DNA of 64,000 bases, taken from a virus. The position numbers and the translations under genes were made by a program. The notes beneath the pieces are model-generated. The model was not told the DNA's origin. It did not search any database and was given only the letters and a program-made list of their open reading frames with translations. The stretch covers positions 39,171 through 103,170 of IMG/VR virus record IMGVR_UViG_3300045988_072133; one strand, written 5' to 3'. Positions 20,853 through 29,522 of this stretch are shown here, piece by piece (position 1 is the first letter of the stretch; each line of letters opens with the position of its first letter).

Positions 20853-21159
20853 CTTCGTGAATGGAGGTGTCACCTTCTTTATCTTGAACTGCTTTCTTTG
20901 CATATTCTTTAAATCGCTTATTAAGGAATTGAGCTCGGGAATATGTTGCATAAAACTTGCCTAAGCTAGGAACATTAATGCTAGTCTGCATCTTTGTAAA
21001 CTCTTCTTCTGTCATTTCCTCATTTACAGGAACATTTTCCAATGTATTCTTAACCCAATTCCAATATTCTCTATAAGCTATTTCTACTACGTCATCTGGC
21101 ATATCTAATTTCTTAGCAGCAGCCAAAATTATATCTTGGAGAGTCTTATTATTTATCAT
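20836..21159 (-). CDS. hypothetical protein (107 aa)
   Basis: ORF in a dense small-gene block. Confidence 0.35.
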   Translation of the reverse strand: MINNKTLQDIILAAAKKLDMPDDVVEIAYREYWNWVKNTLENVPVNEEMTEEEFTKMQTSINVPSLGKFYATYSRAQFLNKRFKEYAKKAVQDKEGDTSIHEDDSDI

Positions 21160-21562
21160 AACTAATCCTAAAATTTAGTAATAGCCTATAAGAGTCCTCT
21201 TCATATTCTAAAGAGGGAATGTATCTTTTACTAATTGTATTATTAGTAATAACTCCTGCTTTTCGTAGATTTGTTAATACTGACTGAAAGTTTCCCGGAG
21301 ATATGCCTAAGCTTCCTACAATACCTTTTTTAATCTCATCAGTGAACAAAACTTTGTCCAGTATATCATCATCTGTAATTGTTCTAGATAATTCAAATCT
21401 ACGTTGTAATAGTGCTGCTAACACTGCGACTTCCCTACCAGGTAATCTATGTAAAGGCTTAAGAAACTCTAGCCAGAGCTTAAAAAAGTTGAGACTAGAG
21501 GTCTTTAAATTGGTAGAGATAGACACAATGTCAGTATTCTTAGTCATATCCCGCTTACTCAT
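21149..21562 (-). CDS. winged-helix DNA-binding protein (137 aa)
   Basis: Segment GIVGSLGISPGNFQSVLTNLRKAGVI resembles a MarR/wHTH recognition helix. Confidence 0.35.
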   Translation of the reverse strand: MSKRDMTKNTDIVSISTNLKTSSLNFFKLWLEFLKPLHRLPGREVAVLAALLQRRFELSRTITDDDILDKVLFTDEIKKGIVGSLGISPGNFQSVLTNLRKAGVITNNTISKRYIPSLEYEEDSYRLLLNFRISYDK

Positions 21563-21870
21563 TATTCTACATCTTTATCTGCTTCACAAGTTTCACATGA
21601 ATCCGGTTCAGGAATTGTGAGCATATTCTCAATATTAATAACCGCTTTACTTACAAAATCTTCACTAAAGAGATCCTTATACTTAAGGACGTTGAATAAA
21701 CTATCAAGGCGTTTACCCATAACAACTTCCATAGCTCGATTGTACTCTACTAATAGCTGCTGATACTCTTTATGCTTATTCTGTAGCTGTACCTGTAGGT
21801 TATTAGCGATATCCTTAAGTTGCTCATAGTTTAACTTCTCCGGCTGTTTTGCTTCCATAGCTTTAGTCAT
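21562..21870 (-). CDS. hypothetical protein with C-terminal Cys cluster (102 aa)
   Basis: ORF ending in PEPDSCETCEADKDVE. Confidence 0.35.
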   Translation of the reverse strand: MTKAMEAKQPEKLNYEQLKDIANNLQVQLQNKHKEYQQLLVEYNRAMEVVMGKRLDSLFNVLKYKDLFSEDFVSKAVINIENMLTIPEPDSCETCEADKDVE

Positions 21871-21872
21871 AA

Positions 21873-22130
21873 TTAAAATTCTTTACCATATTTAGCTCTG
21901 TAGAGAGCATTCCATTCATTAATAGACGTTGTAGATATATCTGTACTACCACAATCATTACAATATTCAGAGATGCCTGATTCATTATAGGCCATAATTG
22001 CTAAACTAAGGCACTTTTTACAGTAGAATACAGGCTCTCTATTATAGTCCTCTTTACTCCACTTAACCTTCTCAAAATCGGAAGGAGACTCTAAAGGAGG
22101 ACACTTAGGCTTAATTAATTCTCCTTCCAT
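21873..22130 (-). CDS. zinc-ribbon protein (85 aa)
   Basis: CxxC ... CNDC pairs: KPKCPP, YCKKCLS, YCNDCGS. Confidence 0.4.
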   Translation of the reverse strand: MEGELIKPKCPPLESPSDFEKVKWSKEDYNREPVFYCKKCLSLAIMAYNESGISEYCNDCGSTDISTTSINEWNALYRAKYGKEF

Positions 22131-22399
22131 TGTTTAAGATATTGATTAAAATCTATTTTTCTAAAAGCGTCAATAATTCTTAATTCAGTAGAACTAATAT
22201 TTTTCTCTGTCATATCCTCAGATTCATCACTTACTATAAAAAGTGTCTGAAATCCTTTATCATATAAGAGCTGAAGTTCTAGACCAATAGATACTTTATT
22301 ATTTTCAGCTGAGAATGGACCCCATAATATTAACTTATAGGGAGGAGTATAAGCTTCATTAAACGCCTCAATATAAGCTGTTAGATGCTTCATTCTCAT
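22115..22399 (-). CDS. hypothetical protein (94 aa)
   Basis: ORF overlapping the GroEL stop region. Confidence 0.35.
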   Translation of the reverse strand: MRMKHLTAYIEAFNEAYTPPYKLILWGPFSAENNKVSIGLELQLLYDKGFQTLFIVSDESEDMTEKNISSTELRIIDAFRKIDFNQYLKQWKEN

Positions 22400-23882
22400 T
22401 AATTATTACACATTTAGTAGATAAGAACATATATGCTACAGAAAGCGCATTCTCTATAGAGACTCTTGTTACTTTAGCAGGGTCTAAAATATTAGACTCT
22501 AAAGCATCTTCATAATAGATAGGCATAGTGTCAAGAATAAGCTTTCTACATGCCATGAGAGCTTTAGCTAAAATATAATATCCTTTCTTCTCTAAAGTCT
22601 TAGAGATGTCTTCCTGTATAATGCCTGCTCCTACAACTACTCCTTCTTCAATAGCAGCTCTAGTAGCACATACTGCATCCTCAATCCTATCTTTCTTCTC
22701 AGACATTTCAATTTCTGTAGGTGCTCCTACATAAATAACAGCTACTCCACCAGATAATTTAGCAATTCGAGATTTAATATCATCTATAAGATATTTAGGA
22801 TAATCGTTTTTTAATGACTCCTTAAGCATCTCTACTCTTGCTTTAATTGATTCATTAGCTTCAGTTGAACCAATAATAGTAGTATTGTCTGAAGTCACTA
22901 CGACTCTTTTAACTGTACCTAACTTAATATCATCTGTTGATGATGGATATCCCTTTAAAGGTATAATAGGTAGTTTATCATATACTGGAGATCCTGTAAT
23001 TATTGAAATATCTTCTAAAAGATCTTTCTTATATTCACCTACACCAGGCGCTCGAATTGCTGCTATTTTAAGCAATCCTCTTTGGACATTCCTAACTATA
23101 GCATTAATTACTTCAGGTGAGTAGTCATTAGCTATAAGTAGGATTTCTTCATTGTCTTGTACTATATATTCAAGGATTGAGAATAGCTCCTTAATATTAT
23201 TTAGGATACCATTGTAAATTAGTACTCTAGGATTATTTAATACTACTGCTCTATTAGCAGGGTCATTAATAAAATAAGGAGAGATATATCCCTTATTAAT
23301 TTGCATCCCTTCTACGGTTTCGGCATATGTATCAAAGCCATTAGACTCTTCTAGAGTAATAACACCATCATATCCTATCTTTGATATAACATCTGCAATT
23401 AGCGTACCTATAAATTCATCCCCATTAGCAGAAATAGTAGCTATATGCTTGATGCTATCCGGAGTATCACCAACTTTGGTGGCTAGGGATTTAATAACCT
23501 CCCTAGCGACCTCGTTGGATTTCTCTAACTCTGCTCTTATAGCTTTAGGATCTGCACCTGCAACAAGTTGCTGATAGATGAGATTGATTAAAGCTTGAGC
23601 GATGATAGTTGATGTTGTAGTCCCATCTCCTGCCATATCTGCTGTCTTAGCAGCAGCTTCTTTGACAAGCTGTACACCTACATCATATAGTGGCTCTGAA
23701 GAATTTATAGCTCTGGCTACAGTAACACCGTCCTTCGTAACCTTCGGATAGTTATCCTCATATATAACTACTGTATTACCTTTAGGTCCGAAGGTAACCT
23801 TTACAGCATCTGCTAAAAGGTCAACTCCTTTCTTAACCTCAGAAAGAGCATCTAAACCAAATACTATATCCTTACTCTTCAT
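22368..23882 (-). CDS. groEL: GroEL-family chaperonin (Cpn60), 504 aa, lacks the GGM tail
   Basis: Near-canonical GroEL motifs: LADAVKVTFGPKGNTVV (GroEL: LADAVKVTLGPKGRNVV), TKDGVTVARAI, ADMAGDGTTTSTIIAQALI (GroEL: AGDGTTTATVLAQAI), TISANGDEFIG, GYISPYFIND, EKKDRIEDAVCATRAAIEEGVV, ILDPAKVTR. Confidence 0.85.
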   Translation of the reverse strand: MKSKDIVFGLDALSEVKKGVDLLADAVKVTFGPKGNTVVIYEDNYPKVTKDGVTVARAINSSEPLYDVGVQLVKEAAAKTADMAGDGTTTSTIIAQALINLIYQQLVAGADPKAIRAELEKSNEVAREVIKSLATKVGDTPDSIKHIATISANGDEFIGTLIADVISKIGYDGVITLEESNGFDTYAETVEGMQINKGYISPYFINDPANRAVVLNNPRVLIYNGILNNIKELFSILEYIVQDNEEILLIANDYSPEVINAIVRNVQRGLLKIAAIRAPGVGEYKKDLLEDISIITGSPVYDKLPIIPLKGYPSSTDDIKLGTVKRVVVTSDNTTIIGSTEANESIKARVEMLKESLKNDYPKYLIDDIKSRIAKLSGGVAVIYVGAPTEIEMSEKKDRIEDAVCATRAAIEEGVVVGAGIIQEDISKTLEKKGYYILAKALMACRKLILDTMPIYYEDALESNILDPAKVTRVSIENALSVAYMFLSTKCVIINENEASNSLY

Positions 23883-23883
23883 A

Positions 23884-24276
23884 TTAAAGAAGTTTACTAA
23901 TAAGTTTATTCATTTCAGTAATAGCGTCTGCCAGTTCCTTAACTAAGGCTTTTGAATCAGCAGGACTAAATTCATCTTCTGTTAAATCTTCAGGAACTTT
24001 CTCATCCTTTCCCTCATTAATACATTCTCTATGAAGAATAAACCAAGACATACTGTGAATATCCTCTTGTGAGGGAACATATTCTACTGCTCCAATGGGA
24101 GTCACCAACATTAGCAAAGGTTTCTTAGGATACCCATAATCTACATGAGGTAGGACTTCCATAATTACACTGCCATTTGAGGCATATTTGGATTTTGTCA
24201 TGACTAGATTATCAGGATCCTCCATAATTTTACTTAAGGCTTCACCAAAGGTGTAATACTTTCTTCTTGCTTCCAT
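23884..24276 (-). CDS. hypothetical protein (130 aa)
   Basis: ORF immediately upstream of GroEL. Confidence 0.35.
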   Translation of the reverse strand: MEARRKYYTFGEALSKIMEDPDNLVMTKSKYASNGSVIMEVLPHVDYGYPKKPLLMLVTPIGAVEYVPSQEDIHSMSWFILHRECINEGKDEKVPEDLTEDEFSPADSKALVKELADAITEMNKLISKLL

Positions 24277-24289
24277 AATTAATTATTGA

Positions 24290-24472
24290 TTATTTCTCCT
24301 TATTTACTACTTCCTTGCCAAACTTATCAATAGCCCAGTAGGAAGCGATACCTGCAGCATAACTGCACAGACTCAACAATGTCCCATAAAAAGGGACAAT
24401 TTTAATCATTGCGACAATAGCTAAAACAACAGCTGTGCCAATCCCAATTTTAATCCAAGTTTTCTTGCTCAT
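24290..24472 (-). CDS. small membrane protein (60 aa, two predicted TM helices)
   Basis: Hydrophobic segments IGIGTAVVLAIVAMI and LLSLCSYAAGIASYWAI. Confidence 0.35.
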   Translation of the reverse strand: MSKKTWIKIGIGTAVVLAIVAMIKIVPFYGTLLSLCSYAAGIASYWAIDKFGKEVVNKEK

Positions 24473-24491
24473 AAAAGTTAAATTTAATTAG

Positions 24492-24564
24492 CTGGGAGAA
24501 CAGGGTTCGAACCTGCGTTACCTTGATTAACAGTCAAGTGCCTAAACCATTCAGCCATCTCCCA
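24492..24564 (-). tRNA. tRNA-Asn (anticodon GTT)
   Basis: Minus-strand cloverleaf: acceptor TGGGAGA/TCTCCCA, anticodon arm CTTGA-CTGTTAA-TCAAG, T-arm GCAGG-TTCGAAC-CCTGT. 73 nt. Confidence 0.7.
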
Positions 24565-24712
24565 AAGAAAGGGTTTTATGGACTTTGTAAAGAACTTTAC
24601 ATTACCAAGGGTACACCCTTACCCGTGCCAGCAGAGAACCTGCTGCATTTGACATGAATAATAGTATTTATTGACAACTACCCTTGTAGGGTTACACAAG
24701 CTAAAATAATAC

Positions 24713-24961
24713 CTATAAATACAAACTATAGCTTAGTAAACTATTAAAGGCTAGGAATTTAATTAGAAACCCAATACTACCTCCTAGTACTGTTAATATC
24801 CAATCAATCCAATCCCATTTACCTCCATGCTGTTTATCTTTAAATTCCATTCCGCTAGCTACCCCTATAGCTAATCCCAAATCAATAAAGCCTACAGGTA
24901 TAGCATAAATAAAATGCTTTCCTCTATTCGAGGCTTTAAACCATTCTAATATTCTTTTCAT
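24713..24961 (-). CDS. small multi-pass membrane protein, holin-like (82 aa)
   Basis: Two or three hydrophobic helices (FIYAIPVGFIDLGLAIGVASG; WILTVLGGSIGFLIKFLAF). Confidence 0.35.
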   Translation of the reverse strand: MKRILEWFKASNRGKHFIYAIPVGFIDLGLAIGVASGMEFKDKQHGGKWDWIDWILTVLGGSIGFLIKFLAFNSLLSYSLYL

Positions 24962-25016
24962 CTTAAATGTGATACAAAGATAAGTAAAATTTCCTATATT
25001 AGGAATGTTATAAGTA

Positions 25017-25871
25017 TTATTTTAATTTATTCCCAATAAAATCACTTATATTTTTATAAATTTCTGCTGGATAGCATTCAGTTCTACCGTTAAAGTAAAC
25101 TAAAGGCATCTTTCTTATAGGTCTAAACTGTTTATGGATTAATTTCTCTAGGTTATATATTTTTGAAGCATCTCCTTCAAATACATCTATTACTTCTACA
25201 GAATAGATTTTAGGTATTTGAATTAATCTGGTATTAATATTTTTATGAGAAGTGATTCCTACTTTTAAGAACTCCCCTTCTATTTCAGATTTTAACTTTA
25301 CAATATATAACTTTCCTATACCATTATTTTTTGAACACTGCTTCTTAAAAATATGTCGAGAATATCCTTTATATTCTAATGCACACTCTGGACATCCTGA
25401 GTGATTATGAATAGCATTAGAAACACTTACTTCAAAATCACCATGTATAGGACAAGTAATTATTACTTTATCTCTACTAGAGATAGGGTTACATTTTTCA
25501 TAAGTATAGAAATTACCTAAAGAATCTTTAATCTTTTGTAAATACTTAGATTTCTTAGTAGTAAGATTTAAGATAGTCTCTACATTAGGTGAGTACTTTT
25601 GTACTCTACAAAATTGGGCAGTTTCCTTATTTAAGACTACAATTTTAGTTCCTTCCAACTCAATAGCTTCTAAAGAGGTTTCCTTAAAAGTATTTTCATT
25701 AAGATACTTTAGATAAGAACTAGAAATCATACTTTGTACTCCAAAAGTAAATCTACTAACTGAACCTTTTACACATCTGTAAATGTAACCATCTTTCTCT
25801 ATAAGAAACTCTATATCAGATTCTCCTATAACATTGAGATTGTATCTTTCTTTATATAAATTGTAATTCAT
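25017..25871 (-). CDS. T5orf172/GIY-YIG-like domain protein with zinc-finger, putative homing-endonuclease-like protein (284 aa)
   Basis: C-terminal KLYIVKLKSEIEGEFLKVGITSHKNINTRLIQ resembles the T5orf172 core (KIGxT...R). Also CPIHGDF...CPECA Cys/His cluster. Free-standing between a tRNA and a virion gene. Confidence 0.45.
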   Translation of the reverse strand: MNYNLYKERYNLNVIGESDIEFLIEKDGYIYRCVKGSVSRFTFGVQSMISSSYLKYLNENTFKETSLEAIELEGTKIVVLNKETAQFCRVQKYSPNVETILNLTTKKSKYLQKIKDSLGNFYTYEKCNPISSRDKVIITCPIHGDFEVSVSNAIHNHSGCPECALEYKGYSRHIFKKQCSKNNGIGKLYIVKLKSEIEGEFLKVGITSHKNINTRLIQIPKIYSVEVIDVFEGDASKIYNLEKLIHKQFRPIRKMPLVYFNGRTECYPAEIYKNISDFIGNKLK

Positions 25872-25956
25872 AGTATATTGTATTAATTTTTTACAATATA
25901 CTAAAAATATTTGACATTTCCAAATATTTTAGCAGTTATTTTACAAATTTAATAAA

Positions 25957-27681
25957 TTAATAATCAAAAGGATTATAAAATCCTAATCTAACAGAGTCTA
26001 AATCTCTCTCTACACCTTTATTTCTACCAAGTTCTCTCTTATTTAAATATCTCTTAGAATGTCTCTTCATATTAGGAATATCTCCAGAATGTGCTGCCTT
26101 AGTTAAGAATTTATAATCTTTAAGTCCTGGATTATATTGAACATCTCCTAAGACTGACTGAACCTTAAACCCTAAGCTATCAAAGGATCCTTCACTAAAT
26201 CTGCTATCATAAATTTTTCTTGCCTTATCAAGATATACTCCAGCTATACTATCTAAAGTATTATTAACTTGCTCGTCTGTTAAATAACCTTGTTTTTCCA
26301 CAATTTTTTGTAGAGGATCTTTCTTTCCCTTATTAAGTTTAAACCCATATCCTATAGTCTTTTTACCACCTTCTACACTATCGTGAGGATACCAACGATT
26401 AGTCTTTTTATCATACCCATTATTTGATCTATCCTTGCCATTCTCTTCTTCTACAAATCTGCGAGTCATGTCAGCTCTAACTGCACGCTCCTTTTGGATA
26501 TCTCTTCTTTCTACATAGTTAGTCATTGGAAAATCAGTATATTCAACTTTAGGTATAATAGAAATTCCGGTATATCCTCCACTATCAAAATTATTAACTC
26601 TACGAAGTGTAGGTTTATAAGGAGAAGTAGCATATTCCCCAGGTCTGAGAGTATAATATCTCCCTGTAGATGAATCAATATAAAGGCTATAACCATCAGC
26701 CTTATCCTCCCTTATAGCCATACCAAAAGTAGGATGTTTGGGATTTTTAAGAATCATACCAGTTCTCGGGTCTCGCGAAGCCCAATGCTTAGATTTAGGA
26801 TCATACATATCACCTACTTCTTCAGCAGTCCTATAATCATAATACTGGTCAGGATTATCATACTCATCTCTTAAAGGACCTCCAAATGCAGCTAGTTTCC
26901 TACCATCCTTTTCAAGGCTAGACTTTGTAGAAGCTACATTATTAAGCAAGTGTAATAGATATTCATCAGTATAACGATTGACTATATCAGTGTCATCATA
27001 CTTCTCACGCCATTTCTTAATATCTTCTACTGAGTATTTCTTAGTAGGATCAAGCTTATTTAAATACCTAAACTGCATTAAGCGAGAGTAGATCTCATTA
27101 GCAGAATCTTTATAAGAATTATATTGCTTACCCTCTTGCAACTTATCCCCCTCAAAGCCATACCTAATAGCATTAATTTGAGGATCAGCATTTAAAGAGT
27201 GTGTTAACTCATGGACATCAGTACCAGCATAAGGACTAATGTATGATATAGCATGAGTAGAGGGATTATAAGCTCCTCCAGTATGATTAGATAGCTTCTT
27301 TATAGACTCAAATTCTGAGTCAGGAACATGTGGAAACTTCGTATTACCTAGTACATCATATTGCTTAACAGTACGTAAATTCTTTAGCTGATTCTGGTAC
27401 TCTTTAAAAGCAGCTCTATCAGACCAACTCTTAGGCAATATACTATAAGGAATCATTGTAGAACCACTATTTCTAAAGTTCTCACGAAACTGCTCTTGCC
27501 TATTAGATAACCACGAAGCTATGAAATCCTGAGCTTGAGTACTATGAACATTATCTACTTCACCACCATCAGCAAACTTATTGTAATGATCCCTCATAGC
27601 ACTAAGTTGGGTCACTCCATTTTGTAGATAGGTTTTCATTAAATTAGACCTATCTGACATTGATAACTCTTCCCACTTCAT
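25957..27681 (-). CDS. two-domain protein: HExxH zincin-like motif plus C-terminal GH24 lysozyme-like domain (574 aa)
   Basis: GTDVHELTHSL (HExxH) near residue 155. SVEGGKKTIGYGF ... YNPGL near residue 440 resembles the EG...TIGYGH signature of T4/P22-type lysozymes. Confidence 0.45.
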   Translation of the reverse strand: MKWEELSMSDRSNLMKTYLQNGVTQLSAMRDHYNKFADGGEVDNVHSTQAQDFIASWLSNRQEQFRENFRNSGSTMIPYSILPKSWSDRAAFKEYQNQLKNLRTVKQYDVLGNTKFPHVPDSEFESIKKLSNHTGGAYNPSTHAISYISPYAGTDVHELTHSLNADPQINAIRYGFEGDKLQEGKQYNSYKDSANEIYSRLMQFRYLNKLDPTKKYSVEDIKKWREKYDDTDIVNRYTDEYLLHLLNNVASTKSSLEKDGRKLAAFGGPLRDEYDNPDQYYDYRTAEEVGDMYDPKSKHWASRDPRTGMILKNPKHPTFGMAIREDKADGYSLYIDSSTGRYYTLRPGEYATSPYKPTLRRVNNFDSGGYTGISIIPKVEYTDFPMTNYVERRDIQKERAVRADMTRRFVEEENGKDRSNNGYDKKTNRWYPHDSVEGGKKTIGYGFKLNKGKKDPLQKIVEKQGYLTDEQVNNTLDSIAGVYLDKARKIYDSRFSEGSFDSLGFKVQSVLGDVQYNPGLKDYKFLTKAAHSGDIPNMKRHSKRYLNKRELGRNKGVERDLDSVRLGFYNPFDY

Positions 27682-28103
27682 CGTATAACTCCTCCTAATT
27701 TATCAGCAGATTTCTCTACAAAGAACTTGTAATAATCATAACTCTTATGATAATAATCCTTAATTCTACAGAGTATATTATGACATCCACTAAGCAATCC
27801 TACAGTGGGTAAATACAATGGTCCTAACCACTTACTTTGGATCCCATGACCACTCTCATGCTTAATGGAATTCTTTAAACTAAGCCTAATATTCTTGTTA
27901 TTCCAATCGTATCTATTATAGTCTAAAAGTACATAGTATCCTAGGGATATTCCCCCAGGGAATTTATCATAAATGTATACTTGTTGATTACCATACTCAA
28001 AAGTCTTTAACCTTGTAGACTCATAGAAAGGTAGCAATATTGCCCCTAATAAACTCTGGGGAAACTCCCATGTCCATCTCCTAATCTTTACCCATGTGCT
28101 CAT
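27678..28103 (-). CDS. small protein with HExxH motif (141 aa)
   Basis: SIKHESGHGIQ contains H-E-x-x-H. Stop overlaps the start of the 574-aa gene. Confidence 0.3.
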   Translation of the reverse strand: MSTWVKIRRWTWEFPQSLLGAILLPFYESTRLKTFEYGNQQVYIYDKFPGGISLGYYVLLDYNRYDWNNKNIRLSLKNSIKHESGHGIQSKWLGPLYLPTVGLLSGCHNILCRIKDYYHKSYDYYKFFVEKSADKLGGVIR

Positions 28104-28297
28104 CGCTTCTTACGTTTACGCCTCTTACTAGGCTTTACTAAAACTCTATAATCTGTAGATACCTCTACTAAATTACCATCCTCATAGGTTAACCGTAAAT
28201 CTAAAAAATCTTTGGACTTCTTAATCCTTACGTAATCTATCGAAAGATCGTAGTCCTCAACCTTAATCTCTCCTACCTGAATGCTTCTTCTTCGCAT
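28100..28297 (-). CDS. small basic protein (65 aa)
   Basis: ORF ending in KPSKRRKRKKR. Confidence 0.3.
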   Translation of the reverse strand: MRRRSIQVGEIKVEDYDLSIDYVRIKKSKDFLDLRLTYEDGNLVEVSTDYRVLVKPSKRRKRKKR

Positions 28298-28435
28298 ACT
28301 TCATGCCCTCCTTGACATATTCAAAAAACTTATTCAACGTCTCCTCACTTAGAGGATATTCATCAGGACTCTCAATAGGATGATCCCTCAAAAACTCTTC
28401 AAAATCTTCGAAGGTCAACACCTTCTTCTCGTTAC

Positions 28436-28618
28436 TCATAACTTTAGTAAATCATTAATCCTAGCTACTTCATGGATAACCTCACCTAAATGCTCAGCAA
28501 TGCTATCGTAAAAGTAAAACTCACCGTTAGTGGTACTATGACCACATAACTCCCTAGCTCTAGACTGCTCCTTGCGTAAAGCATCTATAACCTTCTCTAA
28601 ACTACTTCTCTTACTCAT
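28436..28618 (-). CDS. first small ORF of the minus-strand arm (60 aa)
   Basis: ORF adjacent to the divergent AT-rich promoter region. Confidence 0.3.
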   Translation of the reverse strand: MSKRSSLEKVIDALRKEQSRARELCGHSTTNGEFYFYDSIAEHLGEVIHEVARINDLLKL

Positions 28619-28883
28619 AAAGATAATTTATAAAACTTTTGCAATATACAAAAAATTTCCCATATTTCCAAATTTTTAAATAATAAAATTTTTTACAAAA
28701 TAAAATTTTTTCCGGAGAAAATGTTTGAGGGTGACATATTCCCCACATTGCCCCCACCCCCGCAACCTTTTGGGGTTCTCCCCCCGTCAGGTTTCTTAGG
28801 AGGGTTAAAGAAGGCGACCCGGCCAGCCTTCGGAGGACCGAACGGTCAGTGCATCTTGCACCGTAGTTACGGAAACCTCTCGG

Positions 28884-28889
28884 TATAAT
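28884..28889 (+). promoter_or_regulatory. sigma70-type -10 hexamer (TATAAT) upstream of the GC-rich gene
   Basis: Exact TATAAT 54 nt upstream of the ATG at 28943, with a possible TTGCAC -35 at non-ideal spacing. Lies inside a GC-rich island unlike the surrounding genome. Confidence 0.3.
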
Positions 28890-28942
28890 CGTAGCCTCAC
28901 CGACACAAAGCAGGTTACAACGTATCATAAACTTATCAAGTT

Positions 28943-29395
28943 ATGACAAAAGCTGATATTCTCGGCAAACTGTATGCGGTGAATCTCCGGAAGGACGAGA
29001 CGGATCTGGACATCGTGATCTCTCGTATCGAGCCGGTCTTCAAGTCCACCGCAAAACTCGATGCCAATGGTGAGCCCACTGGTGATCGTGAGTTCATACG
29101 TGACGAGCAGGGCAATCCCGTTGAGGATCCTCGCCGGCGTCGTATCTTCTTCAAGGTTGAAGGGGATGACGTACCTCGCAGTCAGTTCGTGTTCACCAAC
29201 ACGTTCACCGACGGTAAGGTTCCGACCATCACGGACTACAAGAAGGGTCTGAATGCCCGCATGACTGTCTGGACGGATGACGAGGATCGCATCCAGGTCT
29301 CGATGGTTGCCTACAATCCTGGCGATGCTGTTGTAGTCGCCACCAGCACTCTCGAAGCTCTGAATTCGGGAAAGGTCAACTTCGCTCTGAAGTAG
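28943..29395 (+). CDS. hypothetical protein encoded in a GC-rich island (150 aa), moron-like
   Basis: About 700 bp of visibly high GC (many GGC/CCG/GTC codons) in an otherwise AT-rich genome. Own -10 box upstream and strong terminator downstream. No motif recognised. Confidence 0.55.
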   Translation: MTKADILGKLYAVNLRKDETDLDIVISRIEPVFKSTAKLDANGEPTGDREFIRDEQGNPVEDPRRRRIFFKVEGDDVPRSQFVFTNTFTDGKVPTITDYKKGLNARMTVWTDDEDRIQVSMVAYNPGDAVVVATSTLEALNSGKVNFALK

Positions 29396-29407
29396 GCCAC
29401 TTCTTTC

Positions 29408-29448
29408 TCCTCACACTCATCATTTGGGTGTGGGGAGATATTTTTTTG
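29408..29448 (+). terminator. rho-independent terminator of the GC-rich gene
   Basis: CTCCTCACAC-(11 nt loop)-GTGTGGGGAG gives a 10-bp stem with one G.U wobble, followed by ATATTTTTTT. Confidence 0.6.
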
Positions 29449-29522
29449 AATCTCTCCAAGTATGCATTACCGTAGGCCGAAGGCCAAAGATAGTTTAGTT
29501 TAATGAACATCATTTAAGCTAT

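Noticed and set aside
24570-24712. Hairpin-rich 140-bp gap upstream of tRNA-Asn (CAGCAG-agaac-CTGCTG; AAGGG-taca-CCCTT) considered as an additional tRNA or sRNA
   Set aside because: No cloverleaf could be folded. Most likely promoter or processing structures for the tRNA, and not enough evidence to call a gene.
28611-29252. ORFs 28611-28928 (-), 28936-29154 (-) and 29061-29252 (+) in the GC-rich island
   Set aside because: High GC suppresses stop codons on all frames. They overlap the promoter region or the well-formed 28943-29395 gene on the opposite strand or an alternate frame, and are judged spurious.
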